This document shows positions 50,673 to 62,070 of a stretch of DNA of 64,000 nucleotides, piece after piece. The position numbers and the translations under genes are program-made. Source of the DNA: Dehalococcoidia bacterium (GTDB lineage Bacteria > Chloroflexota > Dehalococcoidia > Lucifugimonadales > VXLM01). The notes below the pieces were generated by a model. It did not search any database, was not told the DNA's origin, and saw only the letters and a program-made list of their open reading frames with translations. The stretch lies in assembly GCA_009841605.1 (NCBI GenBank), contig VXLM01000122.1, forward strand, positions 11,198 through 75,197, written 5' to 3'. The number at the start of each line of letters is the position of its first letter. Positions within the stretch are counted from its first letter, which is position 1.

Positions 50673-51215
50673 ATGCCACGATATCCGTCGGCAAGAAGGT
50701 ACGCACAGGCCGTGTTCCAGATTGCACTGGAACACGACAGCCTCGACATGTGGGTGGAAGACCTGCAGACGCTGGCCGACCTGCTTGAAGACAGCGAGGT
50801 TGCCGCGTTCCTCGACGCCCCGCAGGTGCCTGAAGCAAAGAAGCTAGAGACTATTCAACAGTTGGTTGGCGAATCGGTGAGCACACTGGCGGCAAACCTT
50901 GTCGCCCTTCTGGCAACGAAGAATATGACGTTGCTTATGCCCGGCATCTTGGAGCAGTTCACCGTTATGGTCGACCGTCATCGCGGCATCGAGTGGGCCG
51001 ACGTCACGACGGCCGTGCCGTTGGACGACGCTCAGCAGAACGAAGTGTCCCGGCTCCTGAGCGGCATCGTTGGAAGCGAGGTCAGCCTGCGCACCTATGT
51101 TGAGCCGGAGCTTATCGGCGGCATCGTCGCGCGGCTGAACGACCGTGTCATCGACGGGAGCGTGCGCAGCAAACTGAGGAACATGCACCGGCAGGTAGTG
51201 GAGCAAATCGGATAG
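50673..51215 (+). CDS. atpH: F1 subunit delta
   Basis: ARRYAQA, VTTAVPL and LIGG...VIDGS. Confidence 0.95.
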   Translation: MPRYPSARRYAQAVFQIALEHDSLDMWVEDLQTLADLLEDSEVAAFLDAPQVPEAKKLETIQQLVGESVSTLAANLVALLATKNMTLLMPGILEQFTVMVDRHRGIEWADVTTAVPLDDAQQNEVSRLLSGIVGSEVSLRTYVEPELIGGIVARLNDRVIDGSVRSKLRNMHRQVVEQIG

Positions 51216-51271
51216 AACAAAGCGCGTATTGCCAACTCATGACGAGCAATGCGCTATAGCCGGAGGATTAC

Positions 51272-52783
51272 ATGGCAGTACGAGGACAGGACATAGCGTC
51301 CGTAATCAAGCGTCAGATCGAGGAGTTCGGTCAGGAACTCACCATGGTCGACGTTGGCACCGTCGTAGAGGTGGGAGACGGCATCGCCCGTGTCCACGGC
51401 CTCTCCGGTGTCGGAGCGAACGAGCTCCTTGAGTTCGAGGGCGGTGTCATTGGAATGGCGCTGAACCTCGAAGAGGATAGCGTGGGCGCCGTCATCATGG
51501 GCGACCCGCTCGCGGTCAAGGAAGGCAGCGAGGTGCGCGGCACCGGTCGCGTCGCCGAGGTGCCCGTCGGCGAGGCTCTGCTTGGCCGGGTCGTGGACGG
51601 TATCGGCAGGCCCATCGACGGCAAGGGGCCGATCCGCACGACCGAGACGAGGCCCGTCGAGTTCCTCGCCCCGGACGTGGCCTCCCGCGAGCCGGTGAAT
51701 GTCCCAATGCAGACCGGCGTCAAGGCGATCGACGCGATGGTGCCCATCGGCCGCGGACAGCGCGAGCTCATCATCGGCGACCGCTCAACCGGCAAGACCG
51801 CCATCTGCACCGATACGATCATCAACCAGAAGGGCGGCGACCTCATCTGCATCTACGTCGCCATCGGCCAGAAGGTCGGCAAGGTCGCGCAGCTGCAGGC
51901 TATATTGGAGCAGAACGGCGCGATGGACTACTCCATCATCGTGGCCGCCAACGCCTCCGACCCCGCTCCTCTCCAGTATCTCGCTCCCTACACAGGCTGT
52001 GCCATGGGCGAATACTTCATGTACAAGGGCCAGGACGCCCTCATCATGTACGACGACCTCTCGAAGCATGCGTGGGCCTATCGCCAGATGTCCCTTCTGC
52101 TCCGACGACCTCCCGGACGCGAGGCCTATCCCGGCGACGTGTTCTTCCTGCACAGCAGGCTGCTCGAACGGGCCGCCCGCGTATCGCAAGACCTCGGCGG
52201 CGGTTCGCTCACTGCGTTGCCGATCATCGAGACGCTGGCTGGCGACGTGTCGGCATACGTTCCGACCAACGTGATCTCCATCACGGACGGCCAGATCTAC
52301 CTGGAGCCGGAGCTCTTCGCGTCAGGCATTCGTCCTGCCGTAAACGCCGGTCTCTCGGTATCCCGCGTCGGAGGAAGCGCCCAGACGCGAGGCATGAAGG
52401 GTGTGGCCGGTCGTATGCGTATCGAACTCGCACAGTACCGCGAGCTCGCTACCTTCGCGCAATTCGGGACCTCCGACCTCGACGCGGCTACCCGAAGGCA
52501 GCTCGAACGAGGCCAGCGCGCAGTCGAGGTTCTCAAGCAGGACCAGAGCGTTCCGCTGCGAATGGAGCAGCAGGTCACCATCCTCTTCGCCCTCATCAAC
52601 GGCCACCTCGACGACGTCGAGATATCCAAGGTCATCAGCTTTGAACGAGCGTTCCACGATTTCATAAGCTCCAACCACCCGGAGATCCTCGATAGCATCG
52701 CCGATGCCAAGGATGTTACGGACGAGACCGGCGAATCGCTGAATAAGGCCATCCAAGACTTCAAGGAGAGCGTGCCGTACTAG
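51272..52783 (+). CDS. atpA: F1 subunit alpha
   Basis: [29 protein letters not shown] and SITDGQ. Confidence 0.98.
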   Translation: MAVRGQDIASVIKRQIEEFGQELTMVDVGTVVEVGDGIARVHGLSGVGANELLEFEGGVIGMALNLEEDSVGAVIMGDPLAVKEGSEVRGTGRVAEVPVGEALLGRVVDGIGRPIDGKGPIRTTETRPVEFLAPDVASREPVNVPMQTGVKAIDAMVPIGRGQRELIIGDRSTGKTAICTDTIINQKGGDLICIYVAIGQKVGKVAQLQAILEQNGAMDYSIIVAANASDPAPLQYLAPYTGCAMGEYFMYKGQDALIMYDDLSKHAWAYRQMSLLLRRPPGREAYPGDVFFLHSRLLERAARVSQDLGGGSLTALPIIETLAGDVSAYVPTNVISITDGQIYLEPELFASGIRPAVNAGLSVSRVGGSAQTRGMKGVAGRMRIELAQYRELATFAQFGTSDLDAATRRQLERGQRAVEVLKQDQSVPLRMEQQVTILFALINGHLDDVEISKVISFERAFHDFISSNHPEILDSIADAKDVTDETGESLNKAIQDFKESVPY

Positions 52784-52789
52784 ATCGAA

Positions 52790-53080
52790 ATGCAAGAGCA
52801 GCGTCGAGTCCTCGTAGTCGGAAGGGACACGGACGATATGGACACCGTAACCTCGACTCTTGAGGGTAGTGGCTACTCCGTGACGGGAACGCTGCACGAC
52901 GATATAGCCATCGACCTCGCGGCGTCGTCCGAGTTCGACGCCATTCTGATGGCAGACATGACACAAAAGGAGCGGACCGAGCTGAGAGGCGAAGTCTTGA
53001 GGAAACAGCCGAAGATCAAAGTGGTGCAGGCCGAAGGCCCGGAATCGGTGCTGACACTGCTGAAGCAGGCCCTGCGGTAG
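52790..53080 (+). CDS. Hypothetical 96-aa degenerate receiver-like protein inside the atp operon
   Basis: Fills the atpA-atpG gap with 6-nt and 10-nt spacers. Alternating beta/alpha pattern VLVVG...FDAILM...KVVQ. Confidence 0.7.
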   Translation: MQEQRRVLVVGRDTDDMDTVTSTLEGSGYSVTGTLHDDIAIDLAASSEFDAILMADMTQKERTELRGEVLRKQPKIKVVQAEGPESVLTLLKQALR

Positions 53081-53090
53081 GGAAGAGAAA

Positions 53091-53966
53091 TTGCCAAGCG
53101 TAAGACAGCTTAGGCGGCGCATCCGAAGCGTCGAGAATACGGCGAAGATAACGAAGGCGATGTCGATGATCGCGGCATCGAAGATGCGCCGCGCCCAGGA
53201 GATGGCCCTTCAGAGCAGGCCGTACGCTGAGGACATGCGCAGCCTCCTCGCCGACCTTGCGGCCCAGCCCGCCCCGGACGACGAGGAGTACATCCATCCC
53301 TTGCTCCGCCGCCGCGAGATCAAGCGGGCGGAGATCGTCGTCATAACCCCCGACCGCGGACTCACGGGCGGACTTCACAGCAGGATCAACCGCGTCGTCG
53401 GCGAGTTCATCTTGGAGCGACAGAAGGAAGGCGTCGAAACGAGCGTCATAGCCGTCGGACGGAAGGGCCGCGACTTCCTGGTGAGGACGGGACAGGACGT
53501 GCGGGCCGTCTTCAGCGACCTCGGCGACCGGCCTGAGCTTGAGGACGTTCGCCCAATCGCCACTCTTGTGAACGACGAATACAGCGAGGAGCGCGTGGAC
53601 GCCGTGTATCTGGCCTACGCCGACTTCGTGAGCACGGTCACGCAGAGGCCGGTTGTGCAGCCACTGCTGCCTGTCGTGCCCGCTGAGCTCGAATACAAGG
53701 ACATGGTCGGGTACATCTACGAGCCCGACCCCCTAACCGTCATGGCCGCCCTGCTGCCGCGCTTCGTGGACATGCAGGTCTACCACGCGATCTTGGAGAG
53801 CGTGGCGAGCGAGCAGTCGGCCAGGATGGTTGCCATGCGGAACGCGACGGACAACGCCAACGACATGGTTTCCGACCTCACGTTGGAAATGAACAAGGCA
53901 CGTCAGGAGTCGATCACGTCCGAGTTGTTGGACATCGTGGGCGGCGCGGCGGCCGTCGAAGCATAG
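53091..53966 (+). CDS. atpG: F1 subunit gamma
   Basis: KITKAM, DRGL.G, SEQSARM.AM..ATDN and RQESIT. Confidence 0.97.
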   Translation: MPSVRQLRRRIRSVENTAKITKAMSMIAASKMRRAQEMALQSRPYAEDMRSLLADLAAQPAPDDEEYIHPLLRRREIKRAEIVVITPDRGLTGGLHSRINRVVGEFILERQKEGVETSVIAVGRKGRDFLVRTGQDVRAVFSDLGDRPELEDVRPIATLVNDEYSEERVDAVYLAYADFVSTVTQRPVVQPLLPVVPAELEYKDMVGYIYEPDPLTVMAALLPRFVDMQVYHAILESVASEQSARMVAMRNATDNANDMVSDLTLEMNKARQESITSELLDIVGGAAAVEA

Positions 53967-53973
53967 AGAGTAG

Positions 53974-55416
<1,443 letters not shown>

Positions 55417-55427
55417 AGACAACAAGA

Positions 55428-55859
55428 ATGCCGCTGACACTCGAAATAGTAACTGCCGAACGGGTTGTCTACTCCGAAGAGGTGGATGTGCTTGTCGCCC
55501 CCGGAGTCGTCGGAGAGCTCGGCGTCCTGCCGAGTCACGCCCCCCTGCTGACCATCATGCAGCCGGGCGAGATTCGCGTCGACAAGGGGGAAGAGCAGAC
55601 CTACATCGCCGTCAGCGGCGGGTTCCTCGAGGTCATCGGTGACAAGGCGACGATTCTTGCGGATACGGCCGAGCGAGCTGAGGAGATTGATGAGGCCCGC
55701 GCCGAGGAAGCCGTCAAGCGAGCCGAGGAGCGAATCGCATCGGCTTCTTCCGCATTCGACTTGGAGCGCGCCCTCGCATCGGTAAGACGCTCGCAGGCCC
55801 GTCTCAAAGTCGCCCGACGACGCACGCGCGCCCCGCGACCGGAGATGCCCGCAGGGTAA
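55428..55859 (+). CDS. atpC: F1 subunit epsilon
   Basis: GELGVLPSHAP, SGGFLEV and a C-terminal helical hairpin. Confidence 0.96.
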   Translation: MPLTLEIVTAERVVYSEEVDVLVAPGVVGELGVLPSHAPLLTIMQPGEIRVDKGEEQTYIAVSGGFLEVIGDKATILADTAERAEEIDEARAEEAVKRAEERIASASSAFDLERALASVRRSQARLKVARRRTRAPRPEMPAG

Positions 55860-56010
55860 GCATCCTTCCGGATCGGGACGCTCGCGCACGGGGACTCCCG
55901 ATGTTGAAGCGCATTCCAGTGATTTTATCCTAATCCGCTGAGTCGCTTCGTACAGGCGTCCATACTGTTTGGCAGTGGTTGAATCATAGTGCTTGTGCAT
56001 GCCGCAATCC

Positions 56011-56039
56011 TTGACTTACGCACGGTTCGATGCTACGAT
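56011..56039 (+). promoter_or_regulatory. Sigma70 promoter upstream of citrate synthase
   Basis: TTGACT-17 nt-TACGAT with an extended -10 TG. Confidence 0.6.
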
Positions 56040-56170
56040 TCCTTAGCCCTTTCCGAGCTGTCTGAGACGATTTCAGGCCCCTTGGGAGCGGGCATTTTCG
56101 ATGATTGTTCTAAGCGGCGTGTAGGCATCTGAAGTGATCCCCGCGCCGTGTTGTGGAGGTTCCGGCGTCA

Positions 56171-57319
56171 ATGGCCAAAGACTCCAAAGTGGAGCTCAAG
56201 AAGGGTTTCCGGGACGTTTACTTCGACCGCACGACGACGAGCCTGATCGTCGGAAAACCCGGAAAGCTGCTCTACCGTGGCTACACCATTGACGACCTCG
56301 CCGAACACTCCACCTTCGAAGAGACCAGCTATCTGCTCCTGTACGGGGCGCTTCCCACCTCCTCTCAGCTCGACTGCTTCACCTCTGATCTCAAGGTTTC
56401 TCGTGCCCTCCCCGATGAAGTCCTTCAAGTCATCGACTTAATCAAGGACGCCCATCCGATGGATGTCCTGCGGACTGCAGTATCCATCATGGGGCTGTCC
56501 GACGCCGATGTCATGGACGTTACTCCTGAGGGAGCCTTGACAAAGGGTGTGCGCATGACGGCTGCTCTCCCTACCATAGTTGCGGCCCACCATCGCCTGC
56601 GCACCGGCAATGAACCGATCGCGCCGAACGGCGAACTTGACCACGCCGCCAACTTCCTGTACATGCTCAAGGGAGAGACGCCCGATCCGCTGGATGCTCG
56701 CTTGATCGACAAGGACTTCGTCCTGCACGCGGAGCACGGGGCCAACGCTTCGACCTTCGTAGCGAGGGTGGCTGCCTCCACACGCGCCGACTTCTATGCT
56801 GCTCTAACCGCCGCGATTGCCACGCTGAAGGGGCCCCGACACGGAGGGGCTGCCGAAGGCGCAATGAGAATGGCGGAGGAGATAGGGAGCGTCGAGAACG
56901 CAGAGGCGTACGTAAATGCCAAGCTCGAGGCCCGTGAGCGAATAATGGGCTTCGGTCACGCGGTATACAAGGATGTGGACCCGCGCGCGAAGCACTTGCG
57001 CGCAGGCGCGAAGGCCCTCGGTGAGCGAGAAGGTCAGACCAAGTGGTACAGCATCATCGATGCGGTGACCAAGACCAAGGCGATGCAGCGCAGGTCGCGC
57101 GCCGGGTTGAATCCGAACGTCGACCTGTGGGCGGGAGCGGTCTATTCTCTTCTCGGAATTCCCGAAGACCTCTTTGTGCCCCTGTTCGCGATTGGTCGAA
57201 TGCCGGGTTGGGCAGCTCACATCGTTGAACAGTTAACCGCAAGAGACATCCTCCGTCCACGGCTCCTGTACAACGGGCCGGAGGATGCAGAGTACGTTCC
57301 TATCGAGGATCGTACGTAG
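56171..57319 (+). CDS. Citrate synthase / 2-methylcitrate synthase family
   Basis: LLYRGY, HPMD, HAEHGANAST, GPRHGGA, MGFGH and PNVD. Confidence 0.92.
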   Translation: MAKDSKVELKKGFRDVYFDRTTTSLIVGKPGKLLYRGYTIDDLAEHSTFEETSYLLLYGALPTSSQLDCFTSDLKVSRALPDEVLQVIDLIKDAHPMDVLRTAVSIMGLSDADVMDVTPEGALTKGVRMTAALPTIVAAHHRLRTGNEPIAPNGELDHAANFLYMLKGETPDPLDARLIDKDFVLHAEHGANASTFVARVAASTRADFYAALTAAIATLKGPRHGGAAEGAMRMAEEIGSVENAEAYVNAKLEARERIMGFGHAVYKDVDPRAKHLRAGAKALGEREGQTKWYSIIDAVTKTKAMQRRSRAGLNPNVDLWAGAVYSLLGIPEDLFVPLFAIGRMPGWAAHIVEQLTARDILRPRLLYNGPEDAEYVPIEDRT

Positions 57320-57348
57320 GAACCCAGAGCGCACGGAGGGGGTGTGCA

Positions 57349-57576
57349 GTGCCGGAGCAGGAACAGGCCGCAGCTAGTGATGATTGCTCGCATCGCTGGA
57401 TGATTGAAAGTCCGAATGGACCCACCAGCATGGGCACATGCATGGACTGTGGCGCTGTGGGAGAGTTCAAGAATTCCGTCCCGATTTCCGGTTGGGACAG
57501 AGACGGTTCCAGAGCGAAGAAGAACGCCGCCAATAAGAACGCGAGCGCGGCACGAGCGGGGACCAAGTCCGGTTAG
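57349..57576 (+). CDS. Small putative zinc-ribbon protein
   Basis: RBS GGAGG and CSHRWMIESPNGPTSMGTCMDCG, followed by a terminator. Confidence 0.7.
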   Translation: MPEQEQAAASDDCSHRWMIESPNGPTSMGTCMDCGAVGEFKNSVPISGWDRDGSRAKKNAANKNASAARAGTKSG

Positions 57577-57604
57577 ATACCGACACGATAGATGAGATAG
57601 GTCT

Positions 57605-57631
57605 AGGGACACCCCAAGAGGTGTCCCTTTT
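57605..57631 (+). terminator. Rho-independent terminator
   Basis: AGGGACACC-CCAAGA-GGTGTCCCT followed by a T-run. Confidence 0.75.
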
Positions 57632-57655
57632 GGTTTGATGGAGGCTTGTTTTCAC

Positions 57656-58822
57656 ATGGGGCGCACCCCTGAGGCCGAGATTCGTGGGCGCATCGCGTCA
57701 AACGGCCCCATCACGTTTGCCGAGTTCATGGAGGTGGCGCTCTATCACCCGAACGGCGGGTACTACACGCAGGACCGGCAAGACCCGGCCCACAGGGACT
57801 ACTACACCAGCCCTTCCGCCCACCCCGCCTTCAGCGCGCTCGTTGCCGTCCAGCTAGAGATCATGTGGAAGGCTCTAGATTGTCCTGTCCCGTTCCACGT
57901 CGTGGAGATGGGGGCCGGCAGCGGCCTCATGGCCCAGGACATTACCGACTATGTAGGCCAACACCTGTCTCCCTTCGCTCAGTCAATGCACTACTTCACG
58001 GTGGATAAGGCAGGCGGCGAGACTCCCCGTGGAGTAATCGGCTGCGTCCTGTCCAACGAGCTGATAGACGCCTTCCCAGTACACCGCTTCGAGATTGCGG
58101 ACGGCAGACTCGTCGAGCTCTTCGTCGATGTGGACCCCGACGGTAAGTTTCGCTCCGTTACCGGCGAGCCGTCGACGCCTGCGCTTGCCCAACGACTCGA
58201 TAGGCTCGGCTTGGAGTTGCCCAATGGCACGCGAGGCGAAATCAACCTTCGAATCAGTGAATCGGCAACGCGGGTATCCGAGATCATCGAGCGGGGGTTC
58301 GTCGTTACCATCGACTACGGACACGAGGCGAAAGAACTATACTCGCCCGAACGTTCACGTGGCACCCTTCAGACGTACTACAAGCATACGTCCGGCTCCA
58401 GCCCGTACCAGTGGATAGGCCGTCAGGACATCACCGCGCACGTGGACTTCACCACGGTGATCGACGAGGGTCGCAACGTCGGCCTGGAGCCGCTTTCTCT
58501 GATGACGCAGGCGGAATACCTCAATCGGCTGGGACTGAAGGTGTGGGCCGACCGTCTGCGCGACCGGGATATATCGCCTCGTGACGTTCGCGCCAACGCC
58601 ACGGCGCTGAGGGACCTGGTCGATCCTGATGGTCTTGGCGGATTCAAGGTGCTCATCCAGGAGAAGGACACCGAACTGGAAGATGTCAATCGGCTCTTCC
58701 CGTCACCAGCGTGCGTGGAACAGTTGCCGATGCCTCTGCTGCGGAGCGATCACGTCCCCCTATACGAGGGCGGATATTCCTCAGATATATGGAATTTCGA
58801 AGTTTTGCCGAAGGACGAGTGA
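57656..58822 (+). CDS. SAM-dependent methyltransferase, MidA/NDUFAF7 family
   Basis: FAEFM..ALY.P..GYY, EMGAGSG, SNELIDAFP, IDYG and QDITAHVDF. Confidence 0.9.
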   Translation: MGRTPEAEIRGRIASNGPITFAEFMEVALYHPNGGYYTQDRQDPAHRDYYTSPSAHPAFSALVAVQLEIMWKALDCPVPFHVVEMGAGSGLMAQDITDYVGQHLSPFAQSMHYFTVDKAGGETPRGVIGCVLSNELIDAFPVHRFEIADGRLVELFVDVDPDGKFRSVTGEPSTPALAQRLDRLGLELPNGTRGEINLRISESATRVSEIIERGFVVTIDYGHEAKELYSPERSRGTLQTYYKHTSGSSPYQWIGRQDITAHVDFTTVIDEGRNVGLEPLSLMTQAEYLNRLGLKVWADRLRDRDISPRDVRANATALRDLVDPDGLGGFKVLIQEKDTELEDVNRLFPSPACVEQLPMPLLRSDHVPLYEGGYSSDIWNFEVLPKDE

Positions 58823-58846
58823 GTCCGAACCCTCGCCCGATGCGCT

Positions 58847-60061
58847 CTACGAAGAATTGAATACCCGCACCGTCTGAATCTGGGGAGTGCCGTAGCGCTC
58901 AGTTACGAAGGCAATGTGGCTCCCGTCGGGCGACCAAACGATAGGCCCTCGATTCCCATCGAGATTCTTCGTTTGGGCATTTGTGAGATTTCTCAAATTT
59001 CCCCCTTCAAACTGCATCACATAGATGTCAGCGCCGGCGCTCACCAAAGTATCGTCGATGGGAAAGTTCGGTCGACCCTCAAAGGCAATCCACGCGCCGT
59101 CCGGAGACCAGGATGGCCTGGAGTCCTCCAAGCTGGTTGTCTGAGTGCGGTTGAGTATGTCGTTCCCGTCGGGGTCCATGATGTAGATTTCAAAGTCGAC
59201 GGGATTGCCTGCTGTGGCGTCATCTCGTCGTGCGGCTTCGGTAAGCTCACTGCCGAACCCGGACTTCGGACGGTTCGAGGAGAAGGCAATAACCCGGCCA
59301 TCGGGCGACCAGGCCGGGAAGACGTCGGCGTCCTCATTATCCGTGAGTTTGGTGAGGCCGGAGCCGTCGGCGTTAACGACGTAGATCTCGTGGTCTCCAT
59401 CCTCTCGCGACTGAAATGCAAGTCGCCGGCTGTCGGGCGACCAAGTCGGATTGCCATCGAAGAAGAAGTTGAAGGTGAGTCTCGTTTGGCCGCTGCCGTC
59501 GGCGTTCATCACGTACAGTTCCGGTCGTGGCGCGGCTCCGGGAAATTCCGGCGCGTCGCTATGGAATGGTACCGGGGTGGGCCCGAGCTGCGGTGGAGGA
59601 TCGGCGTCCCGATTCGAGGTAAAGGCGATCTTCGTACCGTCCGGCGACCAGATCGGTCGAGAGTACAGTTGGGCGGGGTGAACAGTTAGGCTGGTCAGGC
59701 CGGACCCGTCCGGCCTCACACGGTGAATGTCGGTCTTCCCCTCCGTCCGACTGAGAAAAGCGATCCACTCACCGTCGGGAGACCACGAGGGTTCCATGTC
59801 CTTGGCTTCGCGGTCCGTGATCTTCACTCGCGTGGTGCCGTCGGCGTTCATCACGTAGATGTCCTGATTGCCCGTCTCGTCCGACGAGAAGGCAACCCTG
59901 GCGCTGTCTGCCGACCACGACGGGGCGCTCTCGCCCAGCGCATCGGGAGCCCCATTAAACAAACAACCCCCGGCGGTCGTGATAGCTATGATCCCGGCAA
60001 TGACCCCGACGACAATCAGTCCCCTGTCGGTGCGTCCCTTTATTTTCTTCGGCTTTTGCAT
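58847..60061 (-). CDS. TolB-like PD40 beta-propeller membrane-anchored protein (copy 2)
   Basis: Repeated P.WSPDG..IAF.S and IYVMNADG. Confidence 0.88.
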   Translation of the reverse strand: MQKPKKIKGRTDRGLIVVGVIAGIIAITTAGGCLFNGAPDALGESAPSWSADSARVAFSSDETGNQDIYVMNADGTTRVKITDREAKDMEPSWSPDGEWIAFLSRTEGKTDIHRVRPDGSGLTSLTVHPAQLYSRPIWSPDGTKIAFTSNRDADPPPQLGPTPVPFHSDAPEFPGAAPRPELYVMNADGSGQTRLTFNFFFDGNPTWSPDSRRLAFQSREDGDHEIYVVNADGSGLTKLTDNEDADVFPAWSPDGRVIAFSSNRPKSGFGSELTEAARRDDATAGNPVDFEIYIMDPDGNDILNRTQTTSLEDSRPSWSPDGAWIAFEGRPNFPIDDTLVSAGADIYVMQFEGGNLRNLTNAQTKNLDGNRGPIVWSPDGSHIAFVTERYGTPQIQTVRVFNSS

Positions 60062-60356
60062 ATCCCGTCGCTTCGCCCGGAAGTGACCTCGCTGTCACTC
60101 CAAGCATTCCATTACGCGTATTCGCGTCGCATCAGACGTACTTTCAACTGCAAGGCTACCTCGTTCTGCTGATTATCATCCCTCCGGTCTGCGGCCGCAA
60201 AGCGAAGTTCGCATCCTCCACTTTAGGTCGATGCCACTGTTTCGCATCGATGACGCGCCAGTGATTGAGAGGTCAAACATCGGCCTTAGGAGTGGGAATC
60301 GAGGGTGAAGGGACCTTTGGCAGTAGAAGTCCTGTGAACCCCTCGCCCGACGCGCT

Positions 60357-61583
60357 CTACGAAGGATTGAATATTTTTATCGTCTGAATCTGGGGGGTGC
60401 CGTAGCGCTTGGTTACGAAGGCGATGTGGTTGCCGTCGGGCGACCAAACAATTGGGCCTTCGTTCCCTTCTTGGTTCCGGGCCTTTGCCCCGGTGATATT
60501 GGTCAGGTCTGCGCCTTCAAACCGCATCAAGTAAATGTCATTTGCCGAGCCTCTTTGCGTGAACATAAGGTGCGGCTGGGCCTCGAAGGCGATCCACGAT
60601 CCGTCAGGAGACCAGGACGGGCCGGAGTCTCCCAGACTGGTTGTTCGTGTCCAGTTATGTATACCGCTTCCGTCCGGTTCCATAATGTAGATATCAAAGT
60701 CGACAGGCGCAGCGGTACGTATGACGGACACTCGGCGTGCGGCCTCAGAAAGCTCCCTGCCGAATTCCGTTTTCGCGCGGTTCGACGAGAAGGCGATAAA
60801 GCGCCCATCCGGTGACCAGGCCGGAAAAACGTCGGCGTAGTCATTGTCGGTTAGATTCGTCAGGCCTGAGCCGTCTACGTTGACGACGAAGATTTCTTGG
60901 TCTCCGTCGGCCCGAGACTGGAATGCAATTCGTTGGCTGTCCGGCGACCACGTCGGGTTGCCGTCAAAGAAAAAGTTGAAGGTCAGCCTTGTCTGGCCGC
61001 TACCGTCGGCGTTCATCACGTAGAGTTCCGGTCGTGGCGCGGCTCCAGGGAATTCCGGCGCGCCGTCATGGAATGGCACCGGAGTGGGCCCGAGCTGGGG
61101 AGGAGGATTGGCGTCGCGATTCGACGTGAACGCGATCTTCGTGCCGTCCGGCGACCAGATGGGCCGAGAGTACAGTTGGGCGGGGTGAACAGTTAGGCTG
61201 GTCAGGCCGGTCCCGTCCGGCCTGACGCGGTGAATGTCGGTCTTCCCCTGTGTACGACTGAGAAAGGCGATCCACTCACCGTCGGGCGACCATGATGGAT
61301 CCATGTCCTTGGCTTCGCGGTTCGTGAGGTTCACTCGCCCGCTGCCATCGGTGTTCATCACGTAGATGTCCAGGTCGCCCGTCTCGTCCGATGAGAAGGC
61401 GACCTTGGTGCTGTCGCCCGACCATGACGGGGCGCTGTCTCCCAGCGCATCGGGAGCCTTGTTCAAAGCAATACCGGCGACTACCCAACCTCCTACGGTC
61501 GTGACAGCTATGATGGCTACTATAGCCCCGACGACTATCATGCCGCGGTCGCGGCGGCTCTTTAGCTTTTGCGGCTTTTGCAT
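60357..61583 (-). CDS. TolB-like PD40 beta-propeller membrane-anchored protein (copy 1)
   Basis: Same repeats. Close tandem paralogue of 58847-60061. Confidence 0.88.
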   Translation of the reverse strand: MQKPQKLKSRRDRGMIVVGAIVAIIAVTTVGGWVVAGIALNKAPDALGDSAPSWSGDSTKVAFSSDETGDLDIYVMNTDGSGRVNLTNREAKDMDPSWSPDGEWIAFLSRTQGKTDIHRVRPDGTGLTSLTVHPAQLYSRPIWSPDGTKIAFTSNRDANPPPQLGPTPVPFHDGAPEFPGAAPRPELYVMNADGSGQTRLTFNFFFDGNPTWSPDSQRIAFQSRADGDQEIFVVNVDGSGLTNLTDNDYADVFPAWSPDGRFIAFSSNRAKTEFGRELSEAARRVSVIRTAAPVDFDIYIMEPDGSGIHNWTRTTSLGDSGPSWSPDGSWIAFEAQPHLMFTQRGSANDIYLMRFEGADLTNITGAKARNQEGNEGPIVWSPDGNHIAFVTKRYGTPQIQTIKIFNPS

Positions 61584-61692
61584 GATTTCCCCCTTACACT
61601 AAACGCGACCACGCTCCAATTCCAAGCATACCACTAACGTAACCCGACTGCATCAGCCCAGCTTTCGGTCACAAGAACCGTTGCACAGACCG

Positions 61693-61917
61693 TGAGCCGG
61701 TGAGACATTTTGAGAAAATGAGACGGTTTGAGAATCCTGCTTACGCCCTCTTTTTTCTCGTCATTCTCGATTTGTCTCGGTCCATTTTGCCCGTCCGGAA
61801 GGGGCGTTTGAACCTGTTTCCGCGAGGCGCACCGTGTAGACAACGCCGTGGTGAGACATTTTGAGAAGAAATTCGAGCGGCAAGAATTTTCCCGCCCTTT
61901 TTCTCAATTCGTCTCAC
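61693..61917. repeat. Intergenic cluster of direct and inverted TGAGAC-N4-TGAGAA repeats
   Basis: GGTGAGACATTTTGAGAA at 61699-61716 and 61850-61867. Variants at 61719-61734, and inverted at 61764-61780 and 61901-61917. Confidence 0.7.
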
Positions 61918-62070
61918 ACGGTTCGTGCTTCTAGGCTCGATTGTCCGTTGCCGTTTCAGCGACGCTTACAACATAGTCCATGTGTTCTCGTAGGTCAAAC
62001 GGGGAACGGGTCACGCACTCTGAAGACCGGGTTGCCTGCCGTCACTCCTTCACAATACGCTGTAGAAGAG

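Noticed and set aside
61693-61917. CRISPR array
   Set aside because: The repeats are 18 bp or shorter, irregularly spaced and in both orientations, with no cas genes.
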